A stretch of 64,000 bases of DNA from Anthoceros angustus (GCA_010909165.1 VJWM01000288.1:62693-126692), one strand, 5' to 3'; positions 26,543 to 40,963 are shown, numbered from the stretch's first letter. Made by a program: numbers and translations. The notes: generated by a model not told the origin, from the letters alone.

Positions 26543-29444
26543 TTACAATGAGTTATACTTCGTTCTTCGATAGAACGAGAACCAGCAAGGAAGACGACGA
26601 ACCAGATCATCATCATAAAGCTTAGCTTTCAGATTTGTGGTAGCCGGTCCATCCATCCGTTCCATCTGCATTAGGAAGCAGCATAACCCTGTCAGAAAAC
26701 GGGCATACCACTGTCAAAACGTGCGTGGGTTCGACTCGTCACCTTCGAAATTTTCCCAGAACGCAGCTTGTATCGAACACCAGACCACTCTATAGTTTGA
26801 AAGATGTGCGAATGAAACGCAGAAATAGGGTACAAAAAATTATCCACGAACATAGCAATAAAGACCTGCACAGATGATGTCACAAAGATCAACCCAAGAC
26901 CTCGCTCGGTACACGGGCCAACCCCAACAACGAGGCACACAGAGGAGAGTAACACCCTTACATGCAGCCAATTGTAATTCTGAAAAGACACGGGTCGTGC
27001 TTCTGGTGACAATGCGTTGCACAAGCTGATTTCCACTTTGGACAGATGTCGAATGGTACAAACTTCAACCACAGTACATAATACTACCATCGCTGCCAGT
27101 GTCAAGCCTGTTGTACAACAGATCAAGCACGAGAATCCAATGCCAATGAACAACAGGCAACGCTAAGGTTCAGAAGGTAAAACCTGAGACAGAGGAGGCA
27201 ACAATGAAGGGAGAAGTCCCGAAGAGTGTCCTCACTGCAGCCAATAGGTGCACAACCACTGTAATGTATTGGAAGCAAAAGCCCCAAGACAACCAGCAAT
27301 GGGAGGAGAACAAAGCACGATTCATCATCCAATTAAATGGCGTGTTGTATGTCTCAAGAACGATAGTCTGCTTTCTCAAGTAGTTCCAATACCTAGGCAT
27401 TTGTAACCAAGCAACAACATAAACCCAGTCAGGCAAAATGCAGCCCGTCAGACACAGAAACCCAGATCAGCCAGAGACGAGTGAAGATGACTCTGTAGCT
27501 TAGTCTCACCGAGGAAAGCTCAAGTTTTTTGCAAGGGGATGAATGAATATAGCCCTTGGTGGGGACCAGATGACTTGTTTGTTTGCCCCTGCGTAGCATG
27601 ATCACTGCAATCGTTATAAACGTGGGAAAGGGTTGATACATGAAACTGGAGCATGTGCTACTAGGAGAGAATTAGAATCATTGGAACAAAAAAGACCTGA
27701 AACTGCAGCAAGTGTCATGTCATCAGAGTAGCCCCCATCACGCAACCCAGAGACCATTCCAAAACGATCTGTCCTGAAATCTGCGGCATGCATCTGTGCA
27801 GTGAACCCACAAGCATTCAGGCTAGACTAAGTGTGAAGCGTGGCTGATTGGTCAAGAACACACAGTATGATTCCATGTTCCTACTCACCATCATGCATCC
27901 ACCCCAAAGGAAGATGGTCCTCCCACCTGTAGCGAAACCTATTGAGCATGGCTGTGCAAACTCTAGCGTAAGTTAGGAAGTCCCGTAGAAGTAAAGCAAC
28001 AGAGAAGCTCTTGAACTCAATCTCACCATGTGATACTCGTAAATGCAATAGCTCCCCAAACTTCCTGAAGGTACATCAAAAGGATAACCTGTTTGTATAA
28101 ATATCTGTCAAAAGCAAATTGTGCCCCCGTTCCTTAAGTACCTGCAATTGGTGAGGACCGAGGTTGACATAGACACAGCACCTGGTAACAGGACAGACTT
28201 AGTTCTCATGCCCACATCGTTCACAGGCTTAAGGATTCACACCTCCGGGTGCTCTTCCATATTTGCCACAAGGCAGCCTATAGTTCCCGGATGAAGACGT
28301 ACGTCATCATCCAGGAAAAGAACATATTTTGTATCTGGATGCATGGACTCCACACCTGCCTATAACCATCGCACAGGTTAACAGAGATCACTTGATGCTT
28401 GTTATTGAGCCAAACCTGTACTACCCAGATGCAATGTCATACCAGCTGATTGTGGATCTTTTGACTGCATGTAGATGCCAATCCAGCGACTATTATTCTG
28501 GCTTGCAATTGCCCCTACAATAAACACAGAACCTGAGATTAGTAGTCTTGCAGTTCTTGCTTGATTGTACCGCCAAACAAATATTTGCAAGACCGAAGGA
28601 ACAGAGGGAGTCTTGAACGTAACGACCTTCAGGTCCAACAGAAGCTGTGAAGCAGCATCATAAGCTGGATCATCCACGCTCTCGACAACGAACAAAAACT
28701 CAAGAGGCCCTCCATATAGAGAAATAACCTGCAGGAGATTCTTTCCGACAGATGTCCAGAGAAGGCAGTTCTAGTGAACATGCTTGAACGTGCTAATGCC
28801 CTGAGAGCAGCTTTGCTGAGCGCACCTGGCTATGCCAATTGCTGAAGCTGTACTCCCCTACTCCTTTCACTGGCATCACGACTCCCACCCTCGGCAACCT
28901 TGCCTGAACTGAATGCTCCAGGTCATTTACGTCAGGGTACAAAAAAGAAAGACTGTTGCCACCCTTCTCCCTGTCCTTCAGTTCCTCAAGCTCTCTTGCC
29001 CTGCAATGCGAGCCACACCATGGTCCACGCTTAAGCGCATTCTCAGCTACGTCCTATCCGACGATATCGGAAGCCCAAACAACGGTGCACGGGCAATGCG
29101 GTACCGTGTGCGTGATGCATACACAAATCCTGCTGAGAAAAGTAGGCAGATGAGGCATCCCTGCGCCATGGGACAAACACCAGGTGTTAAAATCCCAGAA
29201 AACAAGCACGCTTGTAGACCAAGGAGGGGGGCAGGAGGAAGCAGATTCTAGCTTATTCAAATCGACCAAGCGTCCCGACCCAGCAACCCTGGACACATGG
29301 AGCAGCCCAGAACAGAGACCACATTGTAAGGCCCCCATGAGCCAGAGCAAAGCATACCTGGATCTGAAATGCAATGGCCATAGGATGCTGGAACAGAAAG
29401 CTCGCCGCCGACAGCCAGCAGTCGATGGTGTTCCAGAGGCCCAT
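26543..29444 (-). CDS. GCS: Glucosylceramide synthase (GT21, plant GCS type), multi-exon
   Basis: Start MGLWNTIDCWLS...FQIQ|GCLICLL, then SLYGGPLEFLFVVES, KYVLFLDDDVRLHPGTIG, SGLRDGGYSDDMTLA, RYWNYLRKQT, FVDNFLYPISAF. Last exon inferred after a splice at KISK|, ending ...TKYNSL* at 26543. Confidence 0.92.
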
Positions 29445-30003
29445 CCTGCCAATCGCCTCAAGGCCGCATCTAAGGGTAAAGCGAGCAATTTGTGAGCGAG
29501 GATCAGCCGTTCAGCTCGCTACAGGAGAGGAAGACGGGTCATTTGGCACCCGCTGCCAGCCTGGTGGGTCTCTTCCAGTCAGCGTCATACACAGCCGCCG
29601 AGACCGGCCAAGGGGGCCAGAAATTACATACGAATTTTCTTCACCCGTAAGATCCCTCTGTCTGGAGTACAGTATTTGCCCACCTCGAAGTCCTGTCCAC
29701 ATTTTGCTCTGGATCGACAATCCATACCTGGTATCAGATTGATCCCGCGAATCAGATTGATCGGTATCCACTGTCCATGATCTCATTACATCCTTTTTGT
29801 TTTAGCGGAAACAATAGGTACATCTTATAGGCAACGAAGCGGAAACAATACATCTTATAGGCAACGAAGACTATTAAAAAGAAGAGATGGGAACCCATCT
29901 ACCCCGAACCGGTCCTTTTGAGGTGGATTGGTTAACAAAGCGAGGTGAGACAACCACTAAAGGGCCAAGGGGCTAGCCCCACGAATGCCAACCCCAAAGC
30001 TAC

Positions 30004-30480
30004 CTACTGAATATCGTAGTTCAAGATGAGGAAAGGCCTACCTACAAGTGGTGTCGATGATGCTACGTTTCCTGCACTCCTTGCCCATAGGTCCTTGAGT
30101 CTCAATGGCAAGCCGTCCTGCAAAGATGTGTACTTGTGTACCTTGGCAGTCGCGCATCCCTCCGCCGCCCAAACCGGAGGGTTGATAATGACGTGCTCAC
30201 AAATGGAGTTTCGGATAGGATCCACTACGACGACATCTGCAACAAAGATTTGGTGCCCCCGATCAGAAATAGATTTGCCCTGAGTGGACACCCCATGGCA
30301 CAGGGTGTATGGATGCTCCCTGTAGAAAATAACTGCTCTCCTTGGCCATCGACAACATGACATCACGATTGGCGTCATGCGGAGCGATACGATGCCCTTC
30401 AATTGGACAACAAGCTAGGTGGGACCCTGAGTCGTCGAGGGGCCCCTACCGCATCTTTGAGAGAGCAGGCGAGGCCGGAT
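30004..30480 (-). mobile_element. 3' fragment of an RLE-type (CRE/NeSL-like) non-LTR retrotransposon: zinc-knuckle remnant plus restriction-like endonuclease
   Basis: Frameshifted LDDSGSHLACCPIEGHRIAPHDANRD...SMAKE, followed by IFVADVVVVDP...AAEGCATAKVHKY (PD-(D/E)xK RLE signature). Confidence 0.72.
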
Positions 30481-31325
30481 CAAACCAGTGAACCTCGTTG
30501 CGATGAAAATTTTGCTTCTAATGCTCTGCCTCTCCACGACCATCCAATGCCCGCCAAATCTGCTTTTGGCTGACACCAATGTGCTTTGCCAGTATTGGAA
30601 CCAGGTTAACCGTTCAATGTCTTTCGACAATATGAGGCTCCACAACGTGTTGCGTGCTTGCAAGTGATCGCCCACTTGCACATCCCTCAGATTTCCGCAA
30701 GCCGTCCTCAGGTTCTGCATTACAACACCAAACAGCTGCGCATCTTTGGCGTCCAGAGGGAAAGGAATCCAAAAATCCTGAAGGAGAGGAGTACGCTGAA
30801 ACCACTCCAAAATCTCGCGTCGACATGGACTTGAAAACTGCTTTGTCATCTTCAAAAACTCTTCTGCCAACGCCTTGGCCACTTGCTGCTTCCTTCGCAC
30901 TGTGCACTCCTCCCTTCCCAAGGTAGTTGCTACTACCCGCTGCATTGCCCGCCACACACGTAATCTCACTATGGAAGTCGAAGGACGTGTTGGCACTTCC
31001 ACATTCCCCTCTTCTCCAACAACCTGCAAGTTGCTTCTTCGATGTGCCTCTTCCCTTACAACAGCTTGCCTCTCATGCTACCTACGTTTGTTGGCTGCCC
31101 AAGACGGGGGCTGGCCGGATCGATCTCTCGCCTTCATACACACTTCCTCTCCGCTAGCACATCTGCTGTCCACGCACACCTCCAATAGCCCTGTGATCCG
31201 GGGCGGGAAAAACTTTGCGCCCAAAACTGCAGCAAAAACCCCCATCGCCTAACCCAATTCGAAACGTCAAACTCAATTGACTTTTGCGGTGATGGCATGC
31301 CACCGCTTGGTGGCCGCTTGACAAC

Positions 31326-31878
31326 TTAGCTACTAGCACGTTTTTGACCACCAAAGCGGGCAACTACCCAGTTGTGGAGAATCCGCAGGCAATTGTGGAG
31401 ATGCTGGATAGGCTTCTATGTTGCTTCTGTTGGCACATATCCCTTCCACAAGACGAGGAAGCGGGACGGCGACGAACAAACTTATCCGCGAGGACGTCTT
31501 CAACCTCGTATTCGAGGGCTTAATGAACAAGCTCAAGTGGGGGGCAAGTTGGGGGGTGCCGATGTAGGGTTTGAGGAGCCCCGCATGGAAGACATCGTGG
31601 ATCCGCCGGGTGGGGGGGAGTTGGAGTTGGAGTTGGTAGGCAGCAGGCCCGATGCGTCGGCGGATAGGAAAGGGACCGACCCAACGGTGTTGGAGTTTGC
31701 GAGCGCCAAGTGTGTTGAGGTTGCGGGCTGAAAGAAGGACGAGCTAGTCTACTTGAAAGGTGATATCAGGGTGATCAATCTCAGCAGATTTTTTCTATTG
31801 GTTATGAGCTTTCTAGAGGTTGCATTGAGCTTCCTAGAGAATCTGGACATGGGTGTGGATGGTCTTTGTGGTTGATTG
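31326..31878 (-). mobile_element. Ty3/gypsy chromovirus integrase C-terminus plus chromodomain (pseudogenised)
   Basis: EAQCNL*KAHNQ*KK...TFQVD*LVLLSARNL...RKLQHRWVGPF...PAAYQL...IHDVFHAGLLKPY, then EYEVEDVLAD...(fs)FLVLWKGYVPTEAT*KPIQHL. Confidence 0.88.
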
Positions 31879-31883
31879 ATTGG

Positions 31884-34800
31884 TGTGAAAGACCACATGT
31901 ACACTAACCCCTCTCCGAAGTGTCGGGATGAACGATTTTTTTTGTTTTGGGTGTGTTAGTATAGCAAAGTGCTTTGAGAATCGTCTGGGTAAGGCCTTTT
32001 ATACGGGAATGGTCCTTGGCCCTTGGTGATAATAATAATTTTTTTCGGTCCTTAGGTTTTGACCCCGGATAGGTAGGTCGGAAATAGAGTCCTTGGGTTT
32101 TGGTGATTTTTGGAATAAGAGGTGTCTATATATGCTAGGAATGCTCACAATATGCCACAGTTGGGTAGTCAAGTGGGGAGGTGGCTAGTTCCACCAGTGG
32201 CGAAGAGCAGGACGTCTGAGACCGAGGGGTTACAACCCTAGTGGCGGAGGCGGGGGTCGGGGCCTTGGCGAGAGAAGGACACACCCGGCCGGTGTGAATT
32301 TCGGGAGGCGTCGGAGGCGGGCTGCAGCAAGGCTGCGCGCATGCAAGCTGCTGGGCGAGTCTGTTTGTCAGGTAGAAGGCGTCAGTCAGTCGAGGCGGCG
32401 GCGGAGGAAGACAGTAGCAGCGGCGAAGGAAAGAGGCGAGGCAAGAGGGCCCGGTAGGAGTGGAAGAAGCGTGCAAGGGTGGTGTTCCTTTCGACTGGCC
32501 TCGCAGGGGTCGAGTTTTTTCTAGGAAACAAGGAGGAAGGAGATGGCGCCCAGCTGGTGAAATCCCTGTGGCCCAACATGGACCCTTTGGAAGGTGAGGC
32601 GAGAGTGCGGGAGCTGGGCTGGAATTTATGGAGAAGAAATGGTGTTCTGACGACATTGGTGCAAGAGTGCGCCTGCAATTGAGAACCAGTCGCAAGAGGC
32701 GAGGAAGAGGCATAAGCGGGATTTGGGGCTCTTTCGAGGCGATGTATGGGCGAAGCATCGAGGATGGGAGCTTGGTAATTGACCCCAGAGAAAGAAGACC
32801 CCGAGAGTCGCAGCCACGCCATGAAGCCTGGGAAGTGAGGGTGAACAATGGATGGGTGACTCGCCAACTCGTGTCTGCGCAGCTGGTGGGATTGGCCAAG
32901 TGGATTTTGTGTTTCCTGCAGAACCAAAAGTTGGATCATATGGCAGACCACTTCCTGGTCTTTCTTCATGAGGTGGTTAAGGGTACACAAATCGATTGGG
33001 GGAGGATGATCTTTGAAAGAGCCTGTGAAGAGAAGGCGAATTTGCTCTCCCCTTCCCCTCGGCCCTCCTTGATTTCACCTTTTCTGATTCATGTATTCAT
33101 TAAGTGTCTCGGAGTTGGAAGTTGTATACGCCTTCATAGGCGGAAACGGTCGGGGAACTCAAGGTAGAGGAGGAGGAGTGTAAGGAGGATTAGGGAAGGA
33201 TTCCGGATTGGGAATCGCCTCCCTAGAAGATTCGGATGAAGGTGGGAGGTTTCAAGGGCAAGCGGGCGGCGGCGAGAAGCATCGAGGATGGGAGCTTGGT
33301 AATTGACCCCGAGAAAGAAGACCCCGAGAGTCGCAGCCACGCCATGAAGCCTGGGAAGTGAGGGTGAATAATGGATGGGTGACTCGCCAACTCGTGTCTC
33401 ACACCGGTGGGATTGGCCAAGTGGATTTTGTGTTTCCTGCAGAACCAAAAGTTGGATCATATGGCGGACCACTTCCTGGTCTTTCTTCATGAGGTGGTTA
33501 AGGGTACACAAATCGATTGGGGGAGGATGATCTTTGAAAGAGCCTGTGAAGAGAAGGCGAATTTGCTCTCCCCTTTCCCTCGGCCCTCCTTGATTTCAGC
33601 TTTTCTGATTCATGTATTCGCGCATTCCGGGTGTCTAACGGAGTTGGAAGTTGTGTCTGCCCTTCATAGCTGGAAACCGGTCAGGGAACTCAAGGTAGAG
33701 GAGGAGGAGTGTAAGGAGGATTAGGGAAGGATTCCGGATTGGGAATCGCCTCCCTAGAAGATTCGGATGAAGGTGGGGAGGTTTCAAGGGCAAGCGGAGG
33801 CGGCGGCGAGAAGCATCGAGGATGGGAGCTTGGTAATTGACCCCGAGAAAGAAGACCCCGAGAGTCGCAGCCACGCCATGAAGCCTGGGAAGTGAGGGTG
33901 AATAATGGATGGGTGACTCGCCAACTCGTGTCTCACACCGGTGGGATTGGCCAAGTGGATTTTGTGTTTCTGAGCAAAAGTTGGATCATATGGCGGACCA
34001 CTTCTGGTCTTTCTTCATGAGGTGGTTAAGGTACACAAATCGATTGGGGAGGATGATCTTTGAAAGAGCCTCAAGAGAAGGCGACTTGCTCTCCCTTCCC
34101 TCGGCCCTCCTTGATTTCACCTTTTCGATTCATGTATTCGCGATTCGGTGTCTAACTGAGTTGGAAGTTGTATACGCCTTCATAGCCGGAAACCGGCAGG
34201 AACTCAAGGTAGAGGAGGAGTGTAAGGAGGATTCCGGAAGGATTCCAGCTGGGAATGCGCCTCCCTAGAAGATCTTGGATGAAGGTGGGAGGTTTCAAGG
34301 GCAAGAAGCGGAGGGGCGCGACGACCGAATGGGGGTCGGCGAAGGAAGAAGACAGCGTGAGAAGAGGAACCTGACTACACCTAGGGTCACCAGTCGAAAT
34401 CGGCGGGGAGCGGGTGAAGGAGGAGAAAATAAAGGAAGCGACAAGTTGTTCCCCTCTCGGTCAGGGGATGAGTCGCTGCCGCTAGGAGATTGGAGGCGGA
34501 GGAAGAGGCGTGGCAGAAACCCCTAGAAGAGAGGGTTAGTTTGGACCAAGTCATGACGGACTCGGGACATTTTGGCGACATTTCAACGGCCGTCCATGAA
34601 GTGGAGATAGGTGACACCGCGTCGCGAAATTGTTGTGGAGGATGGGCACGAGGACAGCCCAATTCGATCTGAGCCGACTTGACCATGGCTCGAGGCAGGC
34701 GGATCTCCTCGACCAGCGACCATGGCTCTCACCGGCCGAGTGTGCGGGACAGGAGAAGTTGCTCAAGGAAAGTTGGAGACAGGCGAGAACAAGGTGGCGG

Positions 34801-37800
34801 AGGCGGCGAGGCAAGAGGCGGCCCTATGCAAGGCAGGAGGCGGCTAAGGGCCATGTCCACCCAGGAGGCCTTAGTGAATCGAGGTCAAGGGGCGCATGCT
34901 ACAATTGAGGAGCTTCAAGATGAGGTCTCGAGTCCAGTGAGCAGGAAACAATGGCGCCCGAGAAATTCAAGAAGTCAAGAGAGATACAAGGAGAGAGACG
35001 AAGCTAGGCCAGAGTCAAGAGAGAGGCCAAACCAAGAAAGGCCGAGCAACGCCACGCAGAGCCAAGCAACCACCGTGGGGAAGTAACCACCACGGTGGCT
35101 AAACCGCCACCGTCGGGGAAGGAGGAACCGAGGTGGGGAAGCCACCGGCTGTGAGTACCGCAGATGGGGAGATCCTCGAAACCCGAGCAGGCCCTGTGAT
35201 TGTCCACGGGAGGAGAGGTAAGGACCTCAGACGAAGGGCGATTGCGCGCGCCCGGATGAGGATGCTCATGTCCTGCCGCTCGCATGGTGAGCGGTGCTCA
35301 CTCTAAACGTGTATGTGGTTGTTGGGACAGAGGGGCGTAAACCATCTGCACATCTTGACCGCCATGCTGCCACAAAGTGGTTCCTTCGAATAGGAGCTGG
35401 CGCCTACCTCCGCAAGTAGTGCCGGAGGAGATGAGCGAGGCGAGGCCGAGCATGGAGGGAGGAGCATACTGCATGTCCAAAGGAGGAGGAGCGGACAACG
35501 GATGTAGAGGCTAAAGCGCACGGAAGGCGCGAGGAAACCGGTGAGGTGAGAGCCGCACCGTGCGTGAGCTGGGCCCGAATTTATGGAGAAGAAATGGTGT
35601 ACCAAAGATTGGTGCAAGAGTGCGCCTGCAATTGAGAACCAGTCGCAAGAGGGCGACGCGAGGAAGAGGCCGAAGCTGGATGGGGCTCTTCGAGCAGCAG
35701 AAGGCGAGAAGCATCGAGGATGGGAGCTTGGTAATTGACCCCGGAGAAAGAAGACCCCGAGAGTCGCAGCCACGCCATGAAGCCTGGGAAGTGAGGGTGA
35801 ATAATGGATGGGTGACTCGCCAACTCGTGTTCACACTGGTGGGATTGGCCAAGTGGATTTTGTGTTTCGCAGAACCAAAAGTTGGATCATATGGCGACTA
35901 CTCACTCGTCTTTCTTCATGAGGTGGTTAAGGTACACAAATCGATTGGGGGAGGATGATCTTTGAAAGAGCCTGTGAAGAGAAGGCGAATTTGCTCTCCC
36001 CTTTCCCTCGGCCCTCCTTGATTTCAGCTTTTCGATTCATGTATTCGCGCATTCCGGGTGTCTAACGGAGTTGGAAGTTGTGTCTGCCCTTCATAGCCGG
36101 AAACCGCCGTGAACTCAAGGTAGAGGAGGAGGAGTGTAAGGAGGATTCCGGAAGGATTCCTAGCTTGGGAATGCGCCTCCCTAGAAGATCTGAATGGGTG
36201 GGAGGTTTCAAGGGCAAGAAGCGGAGGCCGACGATCGAACGGGGTCATGAAAAGGGAAGGACAAACAGTAGAAGAGGAACCCACAGCTACACCTAGGGTC
36301 ACTGTGTCGAAATCCGCAGGAACGCGGGTGAAGGAGGAGAAAAAAAAGGAAGCGACAAGTTGTTCCCCTCTCGGTCAGGATGAGTCGCTGCCGCTAGGAG
36401 AGATTGGAGGCGGAGGAAGAGGCAAGGGCAAACCAACCCCTAGAAGAGGAGGGGTTAGCAGCCAAGTCCGCGACGGAGCTCCGGACATTTTGGCGACATT
36501 TCACCGACCCCCCCAAATGGGAGATAGGTGACACCGCGTAGAATTGTTGTGGAGGGGATGGGCACGAGGACAGCCCAATTGGAATCAGGAGCCCGACGCC
36601 CATGGCTCGACGCAGTGATCTCCTCGACCAGCATACCCATGGCTCTCACCGAGTGTGCAGGACAGGAGAAGTTGCTCAAGGAAAGTTGAGAGCCCGAAGG
36701 CGAGAACAAGGTGGCAGAGGAGCGCAGACGGAGCGGCGGCCCTATGCAAGGCATGGAGCGGCGGGCCATGTCCACCCAACAGAGGCCTTAGTGAATCAGT
36801 CAAGGGGCGATGCTACAATTGAGGAGCTTCAAGATGAGGTCTCGAGTCCAGGAGCAGGAAACAATGGCGCCCGAGAAATTCAAGAAGTCAAGAGAGATAC
36901 AAGCGAGAGAGCTAGGCCGAGTCAAGAGAGAGGCCAAACCAAGAAAGGCCGAGCAAGCAACCACCGTGGGGAAGCCAAGCAACCACCGTGGGAAGTAACC
37001 ACGGTGGCTAAACCGCCACCGTCATGAAGGAGGAACCGAGGTGGGGAAGCCACCGGCTGAGTACCGCGGATGGGGAGGCAGATCCTCGAAACCCCAGCAG
37101 CCGCCCGGATTGTCCACGGAGGAGAGGTAAGGACCTCAGACGAAGGGCGACAGTCACGGTCTGATGAGGATGCTCATGTCACAGCCTGCATGGTGAGCGG
37201 TGCTCACTCTAAACGTGTATGTGGTTGTTGGGATGAGGGGCGTAAACCATCTGCACATCTTGACCACAAGGCCACAAAGGTTCCTTCGAATAGGAGCCGG
37301 CGCCTACCTCCGCAAGTAGTGCCGGAGGAGATGAGCGAGGCGGAGGCCGAGCATGGAGGGAGGAGCATACGTATGGCCGGCTGCATGAGGAGGAGCGGAC
37401 AACGGATGTAGAGGCTATAGGCGCGCAACGTCCACGGGAAGGCGCGAGGAAACCGCAGGCAGCGAGAGCGAGGTGGACGTTTTGGGGGAAAATCGCTCGG
37501 ATCAGAGGCGATAGGGGGATAGGGTGTTCTGAGAGCCTGCAGAGCTGTAGTTGCCTAGATTGGTAGGGGTGCTCGTGGTAGGAGCTACAATTTTTAGACA
37601 CTGGAGAGAAGTGAGTTGTGCTTAACCACAGCTAGATGTATAAGAGACCCTTTGAGTGTCTCTCAATGATTTCGTGTGAACTTCCGTATCGAATCCTCGC
37701 GGGGTTGATTGGAGACGTTCGTCAAGACCGAACGGGTTCGCACATCGCTTTCACAAGAAGACCGGAAGATCCCCGGATGGTCGAGAGCGAGTGGCCAAGC

Positions 37801-38537
37801 TCCACGTCTGGGACAAAGAATTGGTGAGGGCGCCGCTACCGAAAGGCAAAGGTTGCCGCGGAAAGTCGGGTGAGATCGCCAAGCAGTGAATCGCCCATCC
37901 GACCGTGTCTCGCCTCCCAGAAAGCTGCCCATCGTAACGTGTTTAATTCTATGAGGGGGGTCTGTGGCCTGGTGAGGTCTGTGGCCGAGAAAGAGGAAGA
38001 GAGGGGGTATCCATGGGGTGGAAGGTTCTGAAGAAGGGGTGAGCGTGATCAGAGGGAAGGGGAATGCGTGCTTTTGAGAAAACGCGAATGATAGAAAGGG
38101 CGGGCGAGGTGAGGTCAGTGAGGGTCGGCGCCGGAGCGAGACATCGCGGTATTCGGGGTCGTGGTGCCTAATTCCTGGAAAGTTTTGAGCACGGACTTCC
38201 CTGTGAGAGAATTAGAATAGGTGTGAGTATAGGTGTGTGTGTGTGTAAGGCCATAACTTCCTCGTGAGACCCCGCTGTGGAGCCGGTGACAACCACAAGG
38301 ACATACAAGGCCTGTGGTGGGAGCTCACATGTTGGTTGAATCAACCACTACGGTGGCTGAGACCTCCACGGTGGCTGTTTCTGGTAGGGTAAGGATCGGT
38401 TGTGGCAGGGCTCGGACCCATAGTTTAGAACATCTTGACACAAAACCATTCCCTTGGGATCGAATCCTAGGACTATAATGACATAGAGGGTAATGTGGCC
38501 TCTTTGCGCCTTTGGGACGCAAAAACCCCATTCCACA
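31884..38537. mobile_element. TG...CA element with 5-bp TSD (solo-LTR-like) carrying a degenerate plus-strand ORF of unknown function; internally duplicated
   Basis: ATTGG at 31879-83 and 38538-42. Begins TGTGAAAG and ends ATTCCACA. Interrupts the chromovirus integrase, which continues on both sides. No gag/pol motifs recognised. ORF motifs WPNMD, FLHEVVKGTQIDWGRMIFE, LHSWKPVRELK. Confidence 0.8.
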
Positions 38538-38542
38538 ATTGG

Positions 38543-38700
38543 CTAGGGTGGGGAGGGCAGCAGATGCAGGTGTTCATGGATGAGGAGCTTAGAGCATGAA
38601 GAAAGGGATGTAACTGGAAGACATAGCTAGGAGCGTTATTACACGCGAATTCAACAAGATGAAGATAATTCTCCCATGACTCTTGGTGACACGCAACAAA
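38543..38700 (-). mobile_element. Upstream part of the same chromovirus integrase core
   Basis: FVACHQESWENYLHLVEFACNNAPS...(fs)PFFML.APHP.TPASAALPT. Joins the 31878 segment once the 31884-38537 insertion is removed. Confidence 0.78.
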
Positions 38701-39578
38701 CAATACAAGGGAGGGAAGGGTTTTACAAAACCCCTTTTGTAAATGTCCCAATTTTTACATTGTCTAAAAGCCCTGTAAATTGATTTAAGTTTTGCTGATG
38801 TGGCAAGTTTTAAGACGCGGTTTACAATGGGGGTTTCTATTTGGATGAAGTGAGTGCTCATTTACAACAAAGTGGATTGATGACGTGGCTCCTGTTGTAG
38901 ATTACATTGTAAAAGTCTTTTCTCTTTTGATCTTCATTTTTCTAAAACTCTTTATTACTATTATTAATTAAACAAATATGATTAGAGTCCATTTACAACA
39001 GCAATTGATGACGTGGGTCCCTTGCTATAGATTACGTTGTAAAACCTTCTACTCAAATCTTGTTTTATTTTAATTTTTTTTAAAATATTTATTATTATTA
39101 TTATTCACAAAAAATGTGATTGGAGGCCATTTACAACAAAGATTGAAGACGTGGATCCTTTGTTGTAGATTACGTTGAAGTTCCTTTTACTCAATTTTTT
39201 TATTTTTTTCAAAAATCTTTATTATTATTATTATTATTATTATTTACGAGACAAAGGACAATCTAGGTGCGTATGATAGTTGATGACATACATGCAACTA
39301 CGTAAACATCAAGAAAACATGCAGGGCATGAACACCAAAAAGACGTGATCCTTTGTTGTAGATTACGCTGAAGTTCCTTTTACTCAATTTTTTATTTTTT
39401 CAAAAATCTTATTATTATTATTATTATTATTTACGAGACAAAGGACAATCTAGGTGCGATGATAGTTGATGACATACATGCAACTACGTAAACATCAAGA
39501 AAACATGCATTTATGAACACCAAAATGCACGATAGGCACTTAAAGAACACAAAGCAATCGAAAAATAGCATGCCATAG

Positions 39579-39834
39579 TGGTCGGATTCGATTTCTTCTA
39601 CGATCGCACCCGCACTACGCGCACCGTGGGTGCCGGGCATGAACTTGTCGGCTCTAGGAGCCGGGAGCTTTCAAGACCGGCTTCATCTCTACATCCCACT
39701 TCATGAGGAACGAGAATCACGCATGGGTGGGCAAACATCAACCTCCTTGGGATAACCCCATCGGTTCTTGGCCATCATAGATGTTGTGGATGTCATTGTG
39801 TTTCGCTCATGGCTTCCACAAATGCTACAAGTAG
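39579..39834 (+). pseudogene. Captured 3' fragment of an NPF/PTR (NRT1) transporter, copy 1 (indel-rich)
   Basis: Near-identical to 42326-42598 but with many indels. Confidence 0.7.
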
Positions 39835-40703
39835 GTGAGACTTGCTTTGTCAGCCGCATTGAGCTTGGTCTAGAAAAGAATCATCCACCTCAATGAGCTG
39901 TCCGATTCTTGAACAACCAACTGGCCTTTTATATACATTTTGTTAGGTCTCTGCTCCTACACTTCCGAGGTCATCGCATGACCACCACAAGATGAAGATA
40001 ATTCTCCCATGACTCTTGGTGACACGCAACAAACAATACAAGGAGGGAAGGGTTTACAAAACCCTTTTGTAATGTCCCAATTTTACATTGTCTAAAAGCC
40101 TGAATTGATTTAAGTTTTGCGATGTGGCAAGTTTTAAGACGCAGTTTACAATGGGGTTTCTATTTGGATGAAGTGAGGTGCTCATTTACAACAAAGTGGA
40201 TTGATGACGGCTCCTGTTGTAGATTACATTGTAAAAGTCTTTTCTCTTTTGATCTTCATTTTTCTAAAACTCTTTATTACTATTATTAATTAAACAAATA
40301 TGATTAGAGTCCATTTACAACAGCAATTGATGACGTGGGTCCCTTGCTATAGATTACGTTGTAAAACCTTCTACTCAAATCTTGTTTTATTTTAATTTTT
40401 TAAAATATTTATTATTATTATTATTCACAAAAATGTGATTGAGGCCATTTACAACAAAGATTGAAGACGTGATCCTTTGTTGTAGATTACGCTGAAGTTC
40501 CTTTTACTCAATTTTTTATTTTTTCAAAAATCTTATTATTATTATTATTATTATTTACTTAGACAAAGGACAATCTAGGTGCGATGATAGTTGATGACAT
40601 ACATGCAACTACGTAAACATCAAGAAAACATGCATTTATGAACACCAAAATGCACGATAGGCACTTAAAGAACACAAAGCAATCGAAAAATAAGCATGCC
40701 ATA

Positions 40704-40963
40704 GTGGTCGGATTCGATTTCTTCTACGATCGCACCCTGCACTCGCGCACCGTGGGTGCCGGGTGATGAACTTGTCGGCTCTAGGAGCCGGGAGCCAAGA
40801 CCGGCTTCATCTCTCTACATCCCACTTCATGAGGAACGAGAATCACGCATGGGTCTGGGCAAACATCAACCTCCCGCCTGAGCACCCCATCGGTTCTTGG
40901 CCATCATAGATGTGGATGTCATTGTGTTTCGCTCATGGCTTCCAAGTACAATACTACAAGTAG
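40704..40963 (+). pseudogene. Captured 3' fragment of an NPF/PTR (NRT1) transporter, copy 2 (indel-rich)
   Basis: Near-identical to 42326-42598 but with many indels. Confidence 0.7.
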
